Part shown: positions 39,529-49,586 of the stretch, piece after piece
Layout: each line of letters opens with the position of its first letter
Numbering within the stretch: the first letter of the stretch is position 1
Virus record (IMG/VR): IMGVR_UViG_3300027747_004308
Location: 5,127-69,126 of that record
DNA: 64,000 bases
Source of the DNA: a virus
Direction: 5' to 3' (one strand)
The notes under the pieces: generated by a model
Told to the model about the DNA's origin: nothing
The model's input: only the letters and a program-made list of their open reading frames with translations
Databases searched by the model: none
Position numbers and translations under genes: made by a program

Positions 39529-40174
39529 AAAGCTAAAAGAAAAAAGCGATAAAGGATTTTTTAGAACAGATCTTCCTCACACAAGTATTAATAATTGTGA
39601 TTGGTACAATCATATCTATTCTAGTCCTTCCGTTCGTTATGGTCATTTAGAATACTTTAAATCATACAATGATGCTATTGAAGTTGTGCATTGTGTTTTC
39701 TTTCCTTCTTACTATAAAGCTCTTCCTATCTTTGGCTATGATGCAATAAGCCTGGGCGGTAAAATAACTGGAGTATTTTGTGACTATACTCCAAGCCCTT
39801 ACCATGATATGATATTACAATCTTCTATAAGCTCTATTAAAGACAGTTTAAAGGATTTACAGAGAGACCTTCCCGGGTGGACAGAATTTTTTTCACCAGA
39901 GTTTATAGCTATAAGCCCTAGGGAGAAGTATGAAGAATCAGAAATAAAATGTATAACTCTATTTGATCTCTATATAGCTGTCACTAAAGAGTTTGATAAG
40001 AATAATAAGTTTCTTAACTGGGATGAAACAAGAGCCCATATAGATGGTCAAAATAAATATTCCATAGGTCAACGTAAGAACTCTAAGACACAGAAGGCTT
40101 TAGCAAAATATATAGGTGAAGATGCAGCAAAAGACTTTATTGAAAAGACACTTTTTCCAACATATAACTATTAA
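39503..40174 (+). CDS. ferredoxin-dependent bilin reductase, PcyA/PcyX-like
   Basis: GHLE, HCVFFP, LPIFGYD, D.TP, LP.W..FS, Q..Y...Q.KN.KT, FI...LFP. Confidence 0.9.
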   Translation: MSSLNDLYKKLKEKSDKGFFRTDLPHTSINNCDWYNHIYSSPSVRYGHLEYFKSYNDAIEVVHCVFFPSYYKALPIFGYDAISLGGKITGVFCDYTPSPYHDMILQSSISSIKDSLKDLQRDLPGWTEFFSPEFIAISPREKYEESEIKCITLFDLYIAVTKEFDKNNKFLNWDETRAHIDGQNKYSIGQRKNSKTQKALAKYIGEDAAKDFIEKTLFPTYNY

Positions 40175-40182
40175 ATATTTAA

Positions 40183-40737
40183 ATGGCCGATGTATTAATA
40201 TCTGATCTAACAACAGGAGTACCAAACGGATCTAATTTTATACCATATACAACAAGTTCTGATACAAACAAAACTCTTGTTTCTAGTATAACAGCTGCTT
40301 GCCAGCCAGTGAATTATATCGGCGCAAGTGTTACAAAAGCTACAATGACCGGTATTTTGGCTAATGTTGAAACAGATTGCAATTTTAACTCCACTACTTT
40401 TGATTCAAGTGGCTTCTACAATAATGCTGTTAGCAATTCTCGTCTTACTGTTCCCTCAGGTTTAGGTGGTATATATTTAATAACTGGCTATCTGACTACT
40501 TCAACTACTAGTGCATATTATAGAAACGGTATTCTTTTAGTAAAAAATACAGGCACTGTTATAGCGCGTAATGACACTTCTATTGGTTTAAATGGCGTTG
40601 ATGTTCCAATGACTATATCTGCAATTGTATCTCTTGTAGCTACAGATTACATTAGACTACGAGGCATTTGTGAAAATTTTTATAGTACTAATACTTTTAA
40701 AACACCTACACTAAGTATGATACGCCTTGGTGTATAA
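40183..40737 (+). CDS. short fibre/decoration protein, MADVxISDL leader with C1q/TNF-like head
   Basis: RLTVPSG.GGIYLI..., L..TDYI.L; TAAATA-N5-ATG. Confidence 0.75.
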   Translation: MADVLISDLTTGVPNGSNFIPYTTSSDTNKTLVSSITAACQPVNYIGASVTKATMTGILANVETDCNFNSTTFDSSGFYNNAVSNSRLTVPSGLGGIYLITGYLTTSTTSAYYRNGILLVKNTGTVIARNDTSIGLNGVDVPMTISAIVSLVATDYIRLRGICENFYSTNTFKTPTLSMIRLGV

Positions 40738-40985
40738 AGTAGTTGCTATAATTCTTATTTCCTTTATATTTTGATAATGCGTTATTTAGTTTGTTTGAGT
40801 TTACTTTTGACAGGGTGTGCATCTACACAATATAAATCGCCAAAAGATTATTATCGTCAACGCCTGAGTGAAGACTCAATCAACTGGGGACCTAATACTA
40901 ATAATAATATGCTCGACTCTCCAGATGGTAGTAAATATCATAATAGAACAGTTGAAATTTTTGGAGCCACATATTAAATAAGCGC

Positions 40986-41666
40986 ATGGGAATGTTCGAC
41001 ACAATTATTATTGAAGGGTTAAAGCTCAAAGCGCCAAAAGAAGTTACTGGCTTCCTAAAGGCTAATAACGCAGAGTTTCCAACCGAATTTCAAACTAAAG
41101 ATTTAGAGAACTTTTTAGGAACTTATAAGATAAATGTAAAAGGTGAGATCTTTTTAGAAGAAAGAAAACCTACAGGAAAAAAAATACCTTACGAATTACC
41201 TTTTTTAAGCTGGAAAGATAATAGATCATGGCTAGAAAGAGTATACTTTAAAGTTAAATATAAAGAACATAAAGAAGAGAAAATCAAGTTAATTGAAGAA
41301 ACAAAGGTAGTATTTGTAAAAACAAAGCTTACAAATACCTTTACCATGTTAGCTGTAGAAGAGATTGGTGGTAGGAGGTTATTATTAGACTACGAGGTTA
41401 AGGCAATAGATGGTAAAGTCAAATCGACTAAACTTTTGGAATGGTCTTTAGAGTCTGAAAAGGATGCGCAAAAGCGTCAACTAGAGGACAAAGAATTTGT
41501 ATTACAAACAGATAGAGCAATGGCTAAGCATAGGAAATTAAAATCTAAATGGTATTATCCCATATTAAAAGAAATATATAATCCTTTTATATTCTTTTCT
41601 CGTTTAACGGTTCAAGCTGCTTGCAACTCTATTGTACGTTGGAGCTATCGCTGGACGGGTGTATAA
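40986..41666 (+). CDS. hypothetical phage protein
   Basis: MGMFD...FQTKDL family pattern. Confidence 0.75.
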   Translation: MGMFDTIIIEGLKLKAPKEVTGFLKANNAEFPTEFQTKDLENFLGTYKINVKGEIFLEERKPTGKKIPYELPFLSWKDNRSWLERVYFKVKYKEHKEEKIKLIEETKVVFVKTKLTNTFTMLAVEEIGGRRLLLDYEVKAIDGKVKSTKLLEWSLESEKDAQKRQLEDKEFVLQTDRAMAKHRKLKSKWYYPILKEIYNPFIFFSRLTVQAACNSIVRWSYRWTGV

Positions 41667-41673
41667 TAAGAGT

Positions 41674-41832
41674 ATGACATATACTCTAAAAGTCGAGCAC
41701 AATGAGCTCTCTGACGAATATTATGTACTTTTACCTCAAGAATTGCTCAACCAAGTAGGTTGGGTTGAAGGAGATAACATCAAATGGAAGCCTCAAAAGA
41801 ATGGGTCTTTCATACTAACAAAGGAAAAATAA
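41674..41832 (+). CDS. AbrB/MazE/SpoVT-like small DNA-binding protein
   Basis: YVLLPQELLNQVGWVEGDNIKW. Confidence 0.7.
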   Translation: MTYTLKVEHNELSDEYYVLLPQELLNQVGWVEGDNIKWKPQKNGSFILTKEK

Positions 41833-42025
41833 ATGAATCAATTCAAAAAACAAGAAATTGCAATGTATACAACACTTGGTATCGCCGTAACAAGCTTCTT
41901 ATGTATTTGCGGAGATGCAATGCTTTATCTAAAGATGCTTGGTATTTACGGCGCTATTACAAGCTCTGTATATCTAATCTACAAAACAGTTTACTACATT
42001 CTTAATAAAATTTACCCAACAAAAA

Positions 42026-42586
42026 ATGAAAAGTAAAGAAGAAGTAGAATTGCAAGTAAAACGAATAATGGGCAAGTGGTATAGTGAGCCTGTATTTTCT
42101 AAAAATAAATATATAGAAGCTTCCTATCTATTTTTCTGGAAATATTACTACAAACTTACTTCAGGGCTTTACTACAATTGTAAATATGCATTACAACGGT
42201 TGTTTAGAGGGTATGATGATTTAGATAAATGGAATGCTGCTTGGTATATTGCTAGGAAAACGATTCCTGTTCTTAAAGCAATGAGAGATAAATTTCACGG
42301 TACTAGTATTAAATGGCATAGAGAAGATAGATTTGGTAATATAGAGCAATTAACCGTAGATGAAGTATATGCAGGATCAAATGAACCGGGATATGAAGGT
42401 CCTAATGCATTTACAGAAGATGAATGGAGAGCTGTTATAGACGATATTATATTTGCTTTTCAATGGCAGATAGATCTAGATACATATAGTGATACCAGAG
42501 ACCAACAAGCGTTTACAGTCGGCGAAAAAAGACAAAAAAGAGGTCTACAGCTATTCAGTATATACTATAAAAATCTTTGGGATTGA
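42026..42586 (+). CDS. conserved hypothetical phage protein
   Basis: W..IDDIIFAF...GLQLF..YY.NLWD. Confidence 0.75.
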   Translation: MKSKEEVELQVKRIMGKWYSEPVFSKNKYIEASYLFFWKYYYKLTSGLYYNCKYALQRLFRGYDDLDKWNAAWYIARKTIPVLKAMRDKFHGTSIKWHREDRFGNIEQLTVDEVYAGSNEPGYEGPNAFTEDEWRAVIDDIIFAFQWQIDLDTYSDTRDQQAFTVGEKRQKRGLQLFSIYYKNLWD

Positions 42587-43325
42587 TTTACTTCAAAAAA
42601 GAAGCTATATTAATATTATGAGTGATCAATTTAAATCAGAATTATATAGTATATTGCGTAAGCACGATGTAAATATTGATGAGTGTTATGATATTTTAGA
42701 TGAAATGTTTTATGAAACATATAATGGTACTAAAACGTGTGGCAATAGTGAGCATAAGCGCGGTTGCACTAATCATACTACTCGAGGCAATTCAGAGTCT
42801 ATTCCAGAAGATCCAGACATTATAAACAATAATCCAAATTGTAACTTTTAATGACACGCAAAGAAAGAATGTTAGCCAGTCATACTGTTGCTCTTTCGAG
42901 CCATTATGGCGATAATTTAATGAGTATGAAGTTTAATGATCCTGAAATTAAAGAAAACGATAATGATTCTGTTCTATCGCACAGCACTATTAAAAAAGTA
43001 GGGTTTGTAACTAGGCACCTTCTTACCGCTGAGGTAACACATTCTATAGTATTTGAAAAAGAATGGTATGACAGATTATGATAATTAAATTTGGACCTGA
43101 TAAAAGTGATGCATATGGTAATTGGGCTAATGACCCTAGAGTCTTTATTAGTAGACCGTTCTTTAAAATTATTTTTAATAATGGACTAGGATTATATATT
43201 CTAAACTCTTTTAAATTTAATCTGTTTCCAAAGCTCTACGGTACATTTCACAAAACGTTTTGGGAGTTCGGTTTTCGTTTTATAGGTGTTAATTTTGAAG
43301 TAATGTGGAACAAAGCTTTTTCTAA

Positions 43326-43598
43326 ATGAGCGTTATCGAATATCAGCTGTTGCCAGCTAAACCAAAATATTATTCAAGAAAGAAGCGTCAGCGTATGATT
43401 GATGAAACTACATGGCGGGAGAATCCTCTCAAAAACCAATGGGTGTATAAAGATTATAAATGCTATTATATTGTAATTACTGAGCATATAAAAGGGACAT
43501 TCACCGCAACATGTTCGGGTGCAATAGTAGGTAAATATAAAACTCTAGATGAAGCAAAGAGTGAATCTCTTAAGTTTTGTGATAATATATTAAAATGA
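43326..43598 (+). CDS. hypothetical protein
   Basis: ORF in run of small genes 42618-43598. Confidence 0.6.
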   Translation: MSVIEYQLLPAKPKYYSRKKRQRMIDETTWRENPLKNQWVYKDYKCYYIVITEHIKGTFTATCSGAIVGKYKTLDEAKSESLKFCDNILK

Positions 43599-43644
43599 GT
43601 ATATCTTCAATTTTAGTTTGTGTTGCAGTAGTACTATATGTTAT

Positions 43645-43956
43645 CTATTTAGCCGATCGCTTTCGTCTTAAATAATCTTTTCCTCTTTTAATAAGATCAT
43701 CTTTTTGTAATCTCTGTCTACGTTCTAATACTGTTATATATAGCGCAAGAGAAATAGGAAAAAAGAATCTTAAAAAAAATTGCATGTGATCTTGTTTAGT
43801 CAGCTCATCAAAATATTTTGTATATAATTCGTAAACACCGGATAGTGTTACAATCATTCCCGGAGCAAATAGTATCCAGAACGCAACATTATAAGCTTTA
43901 CTAAAATGGTTTTTAATTGCGTTGAACATACCAGTATTTAGGCTTGCTAGAGACAT
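43645..43956 (-). CDS. small two-TM membrane protein
   Basis: Two hydrophobic helices, basic tail. Confidence 0.65.
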   Translation of the reverse strand: MSLASLNTGMFNAIKNHFSKAYNVAFWILFAPGMIVTLSGVYELYTKYFDELTKQDHMQFFLRFFFPISLALYITVLERRQRLQKDDLIKRGKDYLRRKRSAK

Positions 43957-44204
43957 TAGTGTATATAAATCATTGTATGGACAGTAAACATATAAAACAA
44001 TATAATGCTGCTATGGATTATCTAGAAAAGAATGAATATAGAATTAAAAAATCAAACTCTGTTTTTCTTGTAGCTATGATTGGTATAGTATCATTCATAA
44101 TGGTTCAGTTCCTTATAAAGTATTACAGTTTTTTTATAAAATAATATGTCGTCTAAATCATAAGTTTTTTGTTTATTTTTAAACATTATATAATAAATAC
44201 TATT

Positions 44205-44420
44205 ATGAGCCTATTCGACAAAGTATTAGATGCAGTTGAAGCTGTTAAGTGGAAGGTAGAAGACTTAGCTTTTACAGTTAAGGACAAGGCCCTTACATTA
44301 GCAGAATACGTTAAGTATGATGTCCTTAAGAAGGATCTACCTAACTTTGATTATCTCAATGAGGTAGAAGCTGCTCCTAAGAAGAAAAAGAAAAAAAAGA
44401 CTAAGAAGAAAAAGAAATAA
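44205..44420 (+). CDS. small protein with poly-Lys tail
   Basis: TAAATA-N5-ATG; PKKKKKKKTKKKKK. Confidence 0.7.
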   Translation: MSLFDKVLDAVEAVKWKVEDLAFTVKDKALTLAEYVKYDVLKKDLPNFDYLNEVEAAPKKKKKKKTKKKKK

Positions 44421-44441
44421 GTTTTTTATTAAATATTAGAT

Positions 44442-44984
44442 ATGGCCGACGTAACCATATCTGAATTAACTAATAGACAGCCTAATAGCTCGGCTGTATT
44501 TCCCTATTCAGAAGGCGGGACAACATATAATGCTGCGTTGAGCAACATTCTACCTAAAGGGCTCATATCTATGTGGTATGGTTCATTAGCCACAATACCA
44601 ACAGGCTGGGCATTGTGTGATGGTACAAACAATACACCTGATTTAAGAAATAGATTTATTGTTGGAGCTAATGTTGACAACGCAGGTATAGCTAATACCA
44701 ATATTACGGGATCGAACACCCAAACGGGGGGTTCAAAAGATGCTATTGTAGTTAGCCATAGTCACGGAATAACAGATCCTGGTCATTCTCACCTTGTATC
44801 TCCAAGTTATGGCAGGAATGTAGGCGGCGGAAGCAACCTGGTCATTCTTGGAAAAAATTATGACCCAAATCCAATTGGAACTACACAAAATCAAACAGGA
44901 ATTACTATCAATTCAGAAGGCTCATCAGGCACCAATCAGAACTTACCGCCTTTTTATGCCCTTGCATATATAATGAAGCTGTAA
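44442..44984 (+). CDS. tail collar-domain short fibre (MADVTISEL leader)
   Basis: P.G.I.MW.G....IP.GWALCDG...TPDLR.RF.VG; HSH; PPFYALAYIMK. Confidence 0.85.
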   Translation: MADVTISELTNRQPNSSAVFPYSEGGTTYNAALSNILPKGLISMWYGSLATIPTGWALCDGTNNTPDLRNRFIVGANVDNAGIANTNITGSNTQTGGSKDAIVVSHSHGITDPGHSHLVSPSYGRNVGGGSNLVILGKNYDPNPIGTTQNQTGITINSEGSSGTNQNLPPFYALAYIMKL

Positions 44985-45078
44985 TAACTATTACATGATT
45001 TTAGTAACAGCTTTAGGTTTGTTAGGTGTTTGTTCTATTGGGTTTATAGCTAATTTTATAAAAATTTAAAAAAGCTAG

Positions 45079-45106
45079 TTGCTTCCTCTAGAAAAGTACA
45101 TATAAT
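45079..45106 (+). promoter_or_regulatory. sigma70-type promoter of putative ncRNA
   Basis: TTGCTT-N16-TATAAT; no ATG follows; GTTCTTTGA boxA-like at 45115. Confidence 0.75.
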
Positions 45107-45112
45107 CATTAT

Positions 45113-45514
45113 AAGTTCTTTGATAGCAAATCTGTAAGAAGTAGAGGTTGGGACCTCGAAGGTAAATCTTGAATAGTCCAACGCCGAGACCCACAGGCGA
45201 ATACAAGTAGATATACTTGTAAATGAACGGGAGTATGATAGTAGCAACTATTAAGTGAAATTAATAAGAAGTAAGCCTGCTAAATCGAAAATCATACAGT
45301 GTAAACATCCCTGGCTAATATTACAAGTCTTAAAGCTTCGCTATGATGTAACAACATAGCACAGTACGTAGGCTGATTACATTTAACTAGGCTAGATAGT
45401 TATAGCCATTTAAATTCGAATACGATGTAATTGACTTGGCAGATTGCTAGTTTCTTTTGCGTAAACCGTGACGCGAGATTAGGGCGTATATAGCAATATA
45501 TACGCTCTTTTTTT
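45113..45514 (+). ncRNA. candidate large structured ncRNA (~400 nt), family unassigned
   Basis: Promoter, 5'/3' closing helix, multiple internal helices, terminator, no credible ORF. Confidence 0.7.
45481..45514 (+). terminator. intrinsic terminator
   Basis: AGGGCGTATATA-GCAA-TATATACGCTCT plus T run. Confidence 0.85.
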
Positions 45515-45527
45515 AATAAATATTTAA

Positions 45528-46076
45528 ATGGCAGATGTAGCAATATCTCAATTGACTCAAAGACAGCCTGCAGGAGCTGCATTAGTTCCTTACTCCGAAG
45601 GGGGTACTACATATAGTGCATCTGTTACCCAAGTCGTTTCACTTGCTTCAAATGTACCTTCTGGGGGTATTATATTATGGTCAGGCGCTGCAAACGCCAT
45701 TCCCTCCGGGTGGGTTCTCTGTGATGGTACAAATAGCACTCCTAATCTTGTTGATAGATTTGTAGTAGGAGCAGGAGTAACAACACCAGCAGTAGGAACA
45801 ACAGGTGGATTAAAGGATGCAATAGTAGTAAGTCATTCACATACAGCATCTGACTCCGGCCACGTGCATGCTATATTAGGCGTTAGTAGCTCGCGAGGAA
45901 AAGGAACAGCATTATTTGGCATTCTTGATACAAGCTTGTTTTCATCAACTACTAATGCTATCAAAGGCAATGGTCAAATTGGGGCCGCTAATATTACTGT
46001 AGCAGCTGAAGGCCAATCAGGTACTAATGCTAACCTTCCACCTTATTATGCTTTGTGCTACATAATGAAAGTGTAA
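45528..46076 (+). CDS. tail collar-domain short fibre (MADVAISQL leader)
   Basis: Collar motif; paralog of 44442. Confidence 0.85.
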   Translation: MADVAISQLTQRQPAGAALVPYSEGGTTYSASVTQVVSLASNVPSGGIILWSGAANAIPSGWVLCDGTNSTPNLVDRFVVGAGVTTPAVGTTGGLKDAIVVSHSHTASDSGHVHAILGVSSSRGKGTALFGILDTSLFSSTTNAIKGNGQIGAANITVAAEGQSGTNANLPPYYALCYIMKV

Positions 46077-46084
46077 ATATATAC

Positions 46085-46576
46085 ATGAATATTGAGAGCA
46101 AGTATACATTAGAGGAAGAGAAAGCAAAACAGGATAAGCTTTTTCATTTTACTGAATTTACAGTATGCAGAGGAATTGAAAAAGGGCCAGAATTCTCAAA
46201 TACATATAAAATTGAGCCTAGATGGAACTCTCACTACTTATTTATTATTGACGGCGGAGGGGTAGAGGAAACCACAGGCACAATATTTGAAAAAGGAGGT
46301 TTTTATAACGTTAAGAGCTTGTTTACAACAACGCGCAAATTTTTAATTCCCTCCGGCGTTAAGTGGGTAGCATTCAGCCCGGTAGATGTTGCAAGAGAGT
46401 ATAGAGCAGAAATAATAAGAGAATCAAGATTACTCAGTAATTGCTACGTAATTCCTGTTGATGGTACTGTAGTAGTTAATAAAACAGTACATGAATTTGA
46501 TGAATATATTTCTATTGATTCTAACAGTAATGTAGAGTTAGGAACATCAACTGCATTAATGATTGTATATAAATAA
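46085..46576 (+). CDS. hypothetical late protein
   Basis: TAAATA (containing previous stop)-N5-ATG. Confidence 0.7.
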   Translation: MNIESKYTLEEEKAKQDKLFHFTEFTVCRGIEKGPEFSNTYKIEPRWNSHYLFIIDGGGVEETTGTIFEKGGFYNVKSLFTTTRKFLIPSGVKWVAFSPVDVAREYRAEIIRESRLLSNCYVIPVDGTVVVNKTVHEFDEYISIDSNSNVELGTSTALMIVYK

Positions 46577-46631
46577 GTAAATTTACATAAAAAGCTTGAC
46601 TATATTTTAAGTGTCGAGTATACTGTAGGTA

Positions 46632-47789
46632 ATGAGAATTAAATTACCGGAGTTACAAAAAGTAACTTTGGAAACAGGAACAAGGTATTACGTAACACCT
46701 GAAGGACAGAAGTATCCTTCAGTCACAACAGTTCTATCTGAAGAAAAAAAGAAAGGTCTTAAAAGATGGCGCGATCGTGTTGGAGATGAAGAAGCTGATA
46801 GGATTAAAAATTTTGCCGCTAAGAGAGGAACCGCATTTCATTCGCTTTGTGAAGAGTTCCTTGATAATAAAGTTCCGCTAGATACTATAGGAGGTATGTT
46901 TAATCAGTTTAAACCTCTTTTAACCCGTATTAGTGACATAAGATGTATGGAGCAACACCTATATTCAGATAAGCTGAGAGTTGCAGGTCAGGTAGATTGT
47001 GTTGGTAGGTTTGACGATATGTTATCAATTATTGATTTTAAGACGAGTTCTAAACTAAAGAAGCGTGAATATATATGGGATTACTTCATGCAAGCTAGCG
47101 CTTATAGTTATATGTTTGAAGAGCGCACCGGTATCGCTATTTCAGATATTACTGTTCTCATTAGTTGTGAATCCGGTGAATGTCAAGTCTTTCAAGATAA
47201 AAGAGAGAACTGGATTGAGGGGTTTAAAAAGCTCCGAGAACAGTATGATATAAAGAAAGTTGTTGCAGAAGAAGAAAAAGTCACCTACAATAAGAAGATA
47301 GTGAGTGATAGAGTTACTAGTAAATGGACTAAGACTACCATAGAAGCTTTTGGAGATAAACCGAACGTTCGCAAAGGAGTTAAAGCAGAAGAAATAGTTT
47401 TCTCTTATCTTAAAAAGACATATAACAAGGTAACTTGGTTTCATGACAAGCGTGATAAACAGTTACAGGGTATTGATTTCGAATTTAAGAAAGATTCGTG
47501 GTACAATAGTTATACTGCAGATGTAAAAGGTAATATGTCAAAAAGAATGTTTAGAGTGTACCCAGATGAAATAAAAGATAAAGCAAATCATCGTATGATT
47601 CATGTAGATATAGATACAGGATGGGCGGTAGAATATGATAGAAAATCTATGTTAGCTTATTTAGAACATAAGCCAGAATATATTCAGATTGATAAGAATA
47701 ACAAAAGATATGCGGAATTTGATGCGTCTTATCGTCATCTTCGTAGAGATATAAACTACTTTAGACCTTTTTTAATAAAGCTTGCTTAA
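46632..47789 (+). CDS. PD-(D/E)XK exonuclease fused to second nuclease-like domain
   Basis: YPSVTTVL, RGT.FH, AGQVD, IDFKT, Q.SAY; C-terminal G..AE...GIDF...DVK. Confidence 0.85.
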   Translation: MRIKLPELQKVTLETGTRYYVTPEGQKYPSVTTVLSEEKKKGLKRWRDRVGDEEADRIKNFAAKRGTAFHSLCEEFLDNKVPLDTIGGMFNQFKPLLTRISDIRCMEQHLYSDKLRVAGQVDCVGRFDDMLSIIDFKTSSKLKKREYIWDYFMQASAYSYMFEERTGIAISDITVLISCESGECQVFQDKRENWIEGFKKLREQYDIKKVVAEEEKVTYNKKIVSDRVTSKWTKTTIEAFGDKPNVRKGVKAEEIVFSYLKKTYNKVTWFHDKRDKQLQGIDFEFKKDSWYNSYTADVKGNMSKRMFRVYPDEIKDKANHRMIHVDIDTGWAVEYDRKSMLAYLEHKPEYIQIDKNNKRYAEFDASYRHLRRDINYFRPFLIKLA

Positions 47790-47815
47790 TTTTATAATTC
47801 AACCATAATGTTTGT

Positions 47816-48193
47816 ATGAACCTTAAGACAGTACAATTACCTGAACAAGCGCCATTTGTCGGTCAGCATGTAACTGAATTTCATTATACAGATAGAGATG
47901 CATGGGAAGTAATAGAAGTTATTAGCCCTCGTAGAATTATGATTCGTGAATTGGATTCAGAATGTACGCGTAAGCCTAAAGATTTTCACCCAGGCGGTTT
48001 CTGCGGTCACTTTTCTGACAACCATTCTCAGGAATATAAGTTAACTAGCAACCCAAAGAATAGAGTAAAGACCCTTAGTTGGCGCTCTAAAGCTAAACGT
48101 TGGGCAGAAGTCGGACAAAGAACACAGTATAGTTTATTTGGCCTTCACAAGAAAGGCGAACAAGCGATAAAGTTTTATGATTACAACTTCTAA
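47816..48193 (+). CDS. hypothetical early protein
   Basis: TTGCTT-N16-CATAAT promoter, ATG 6 nt downstream. Confidence 0.8.
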   Translation: MNLKTVQLPEQAPFVGQHVTEFHYTDRDAWEVIEVISPRRIMIRELDSECTRKPKDFHPGGFCGHFSDNHSQEYKLTSNPKNRVKTLSWRSKAKRWAEVGQRTQYSLFGLHKKGEQAIKFYDYNF

Positions 48194-48437
48194 AGTACAG
48201 GAATATATTGATGCGGGTCACGATGAGCATGAAGTAGCTCGCTGGTTGATCAACCTCAATATTAACAAATATGTCCCTATGGAGCTAGATGATCTAGCTG
48301 ATACAAGCGTTGTAGCCAACGAGGTTGATGCTGTTGTTGAATGTATTCAGGATAAAGATTATCAAGACGCTATTAATATTGCTGAAGAGAGCGCTCAGAT
48401 TATTCTCGAAGATGAAGGATTTGATATAAGTAAATGA
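48177..48437 (+). CDS. hypothetical acidic protein
   Basis: Overlapping ORF. Confidence 0.7.
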   Translation: MITTSKVQEYIDAGHDEHEVARWLINLNINKYVPMELDDLADTSVVANEVDAVVECIQDKDYQDAINIAEESAQIILEDEGFDISK

Positions 48438-49586
48438 GTGAAAAAATGTATCGAGGTATTTGTTGCTCTGTTTATTTTATTTCCTATAGCATATATTTTT
48501 AAGCTCTATAACCTCTATCATGATTACCTCTTCGAAAGAAAAAGAAGAAATAAAAAAAGCTTGTGATAGATTGTTTCTCTCGCGTTATAACATCTTGTTT
48601 TATAAGTTTCTAAATACTCTCGATGATACAGCTAAACATTTAATAAAGAATAATAAAAAGCTTAATGAAATGTATGATTTGTTTCTTGATTTTATTATAG
48701 ATTCTTCTCAACATCTTGAATATAATGATGCAAAAGAAACAGCGAGAGAATTGGAAGAGGGTAAATAGTAAATCTTTTATTGATGTATGTTAAAAAGGAG
48801 CCTATAATACATAAATGAATAGCAAAAATAACCAACATATAGTTAATATGGTATTGACGTCTATTGTCAATAATGAAACTATCTTAAACAGTATTGTACA
48901 TGATATTAGTAAAAGATTTGATGTAAAGCTAGAAGCAGAACAGCTCGAGAACTTTCTAAGTGTAGTAAATCTAACCCCGGAGAAAAATGAACTCGTACTT
49001 ATTTGAAACCTATCGCAACGATAAATGCCCTCCTATTTTTATGGGGTATAAAAAAGTAAAAGCAGAATCTGCAGAAGAAGCACGATCTTTTTTACAAGAG
49101 TCTCTTGGTGAAGGTTTTAATCTTTGTCAGGTTTACACCAATGAAGCTGATCCGTACGCTCGGTAATTGGCTTTACACAGTAACTAAAATAGTAATTAAC
49201 GATTGCTCTGTAGGGTTGACCTTAATATTATTAGGGTTTATTCTTGGTTGGATGTCGCAATCTGTTTGGGTACTAATAACTAGTCTTTATGCTCGCATTA
49301 TTCGAATATATTAAAAACTTTTTTACTATTAAAATAGTCACGACTGGGCCTAATACATTAGGAGAGCTCTTAAAGCAATTTGATGAGCCTCCGAAAGAGA
49401 AAACGAAAGAACAAATAATGAATACCTATCTTGCAAAAGAAACTATGGCCGCTTTAGAACTATCATATCTTAAAGATGATCCTGCTCTTTCTTTCAGAGG
49501 CGGTCAAATGTGGTATGATAAAGACGGTAACAAATATTTTGATTTTGTTCCTTGCGTTATTAGACCTGAGGTGTTATACTGTTCAT

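Noticed and set aside
38911-40174. Cyanophage assignment from bilin genes
   Set aside because: No psbA/hli/cpeT-type genes in the window, and neighbouring genes point to PVC bacteria; not excluded without the rest of the genome
45113-45514. tmRNA, RNase P RNA or group I intron identity
   Set aside because: No tRNA-like ends or T-loop, no GAGGAAAGUCC-type core, and it does not interrupt a gene
45056-45582. Two short minus-strand ORFs
   Set aside because: Non-ATG starts, no promoter signal, antisense to the structured RNA unit
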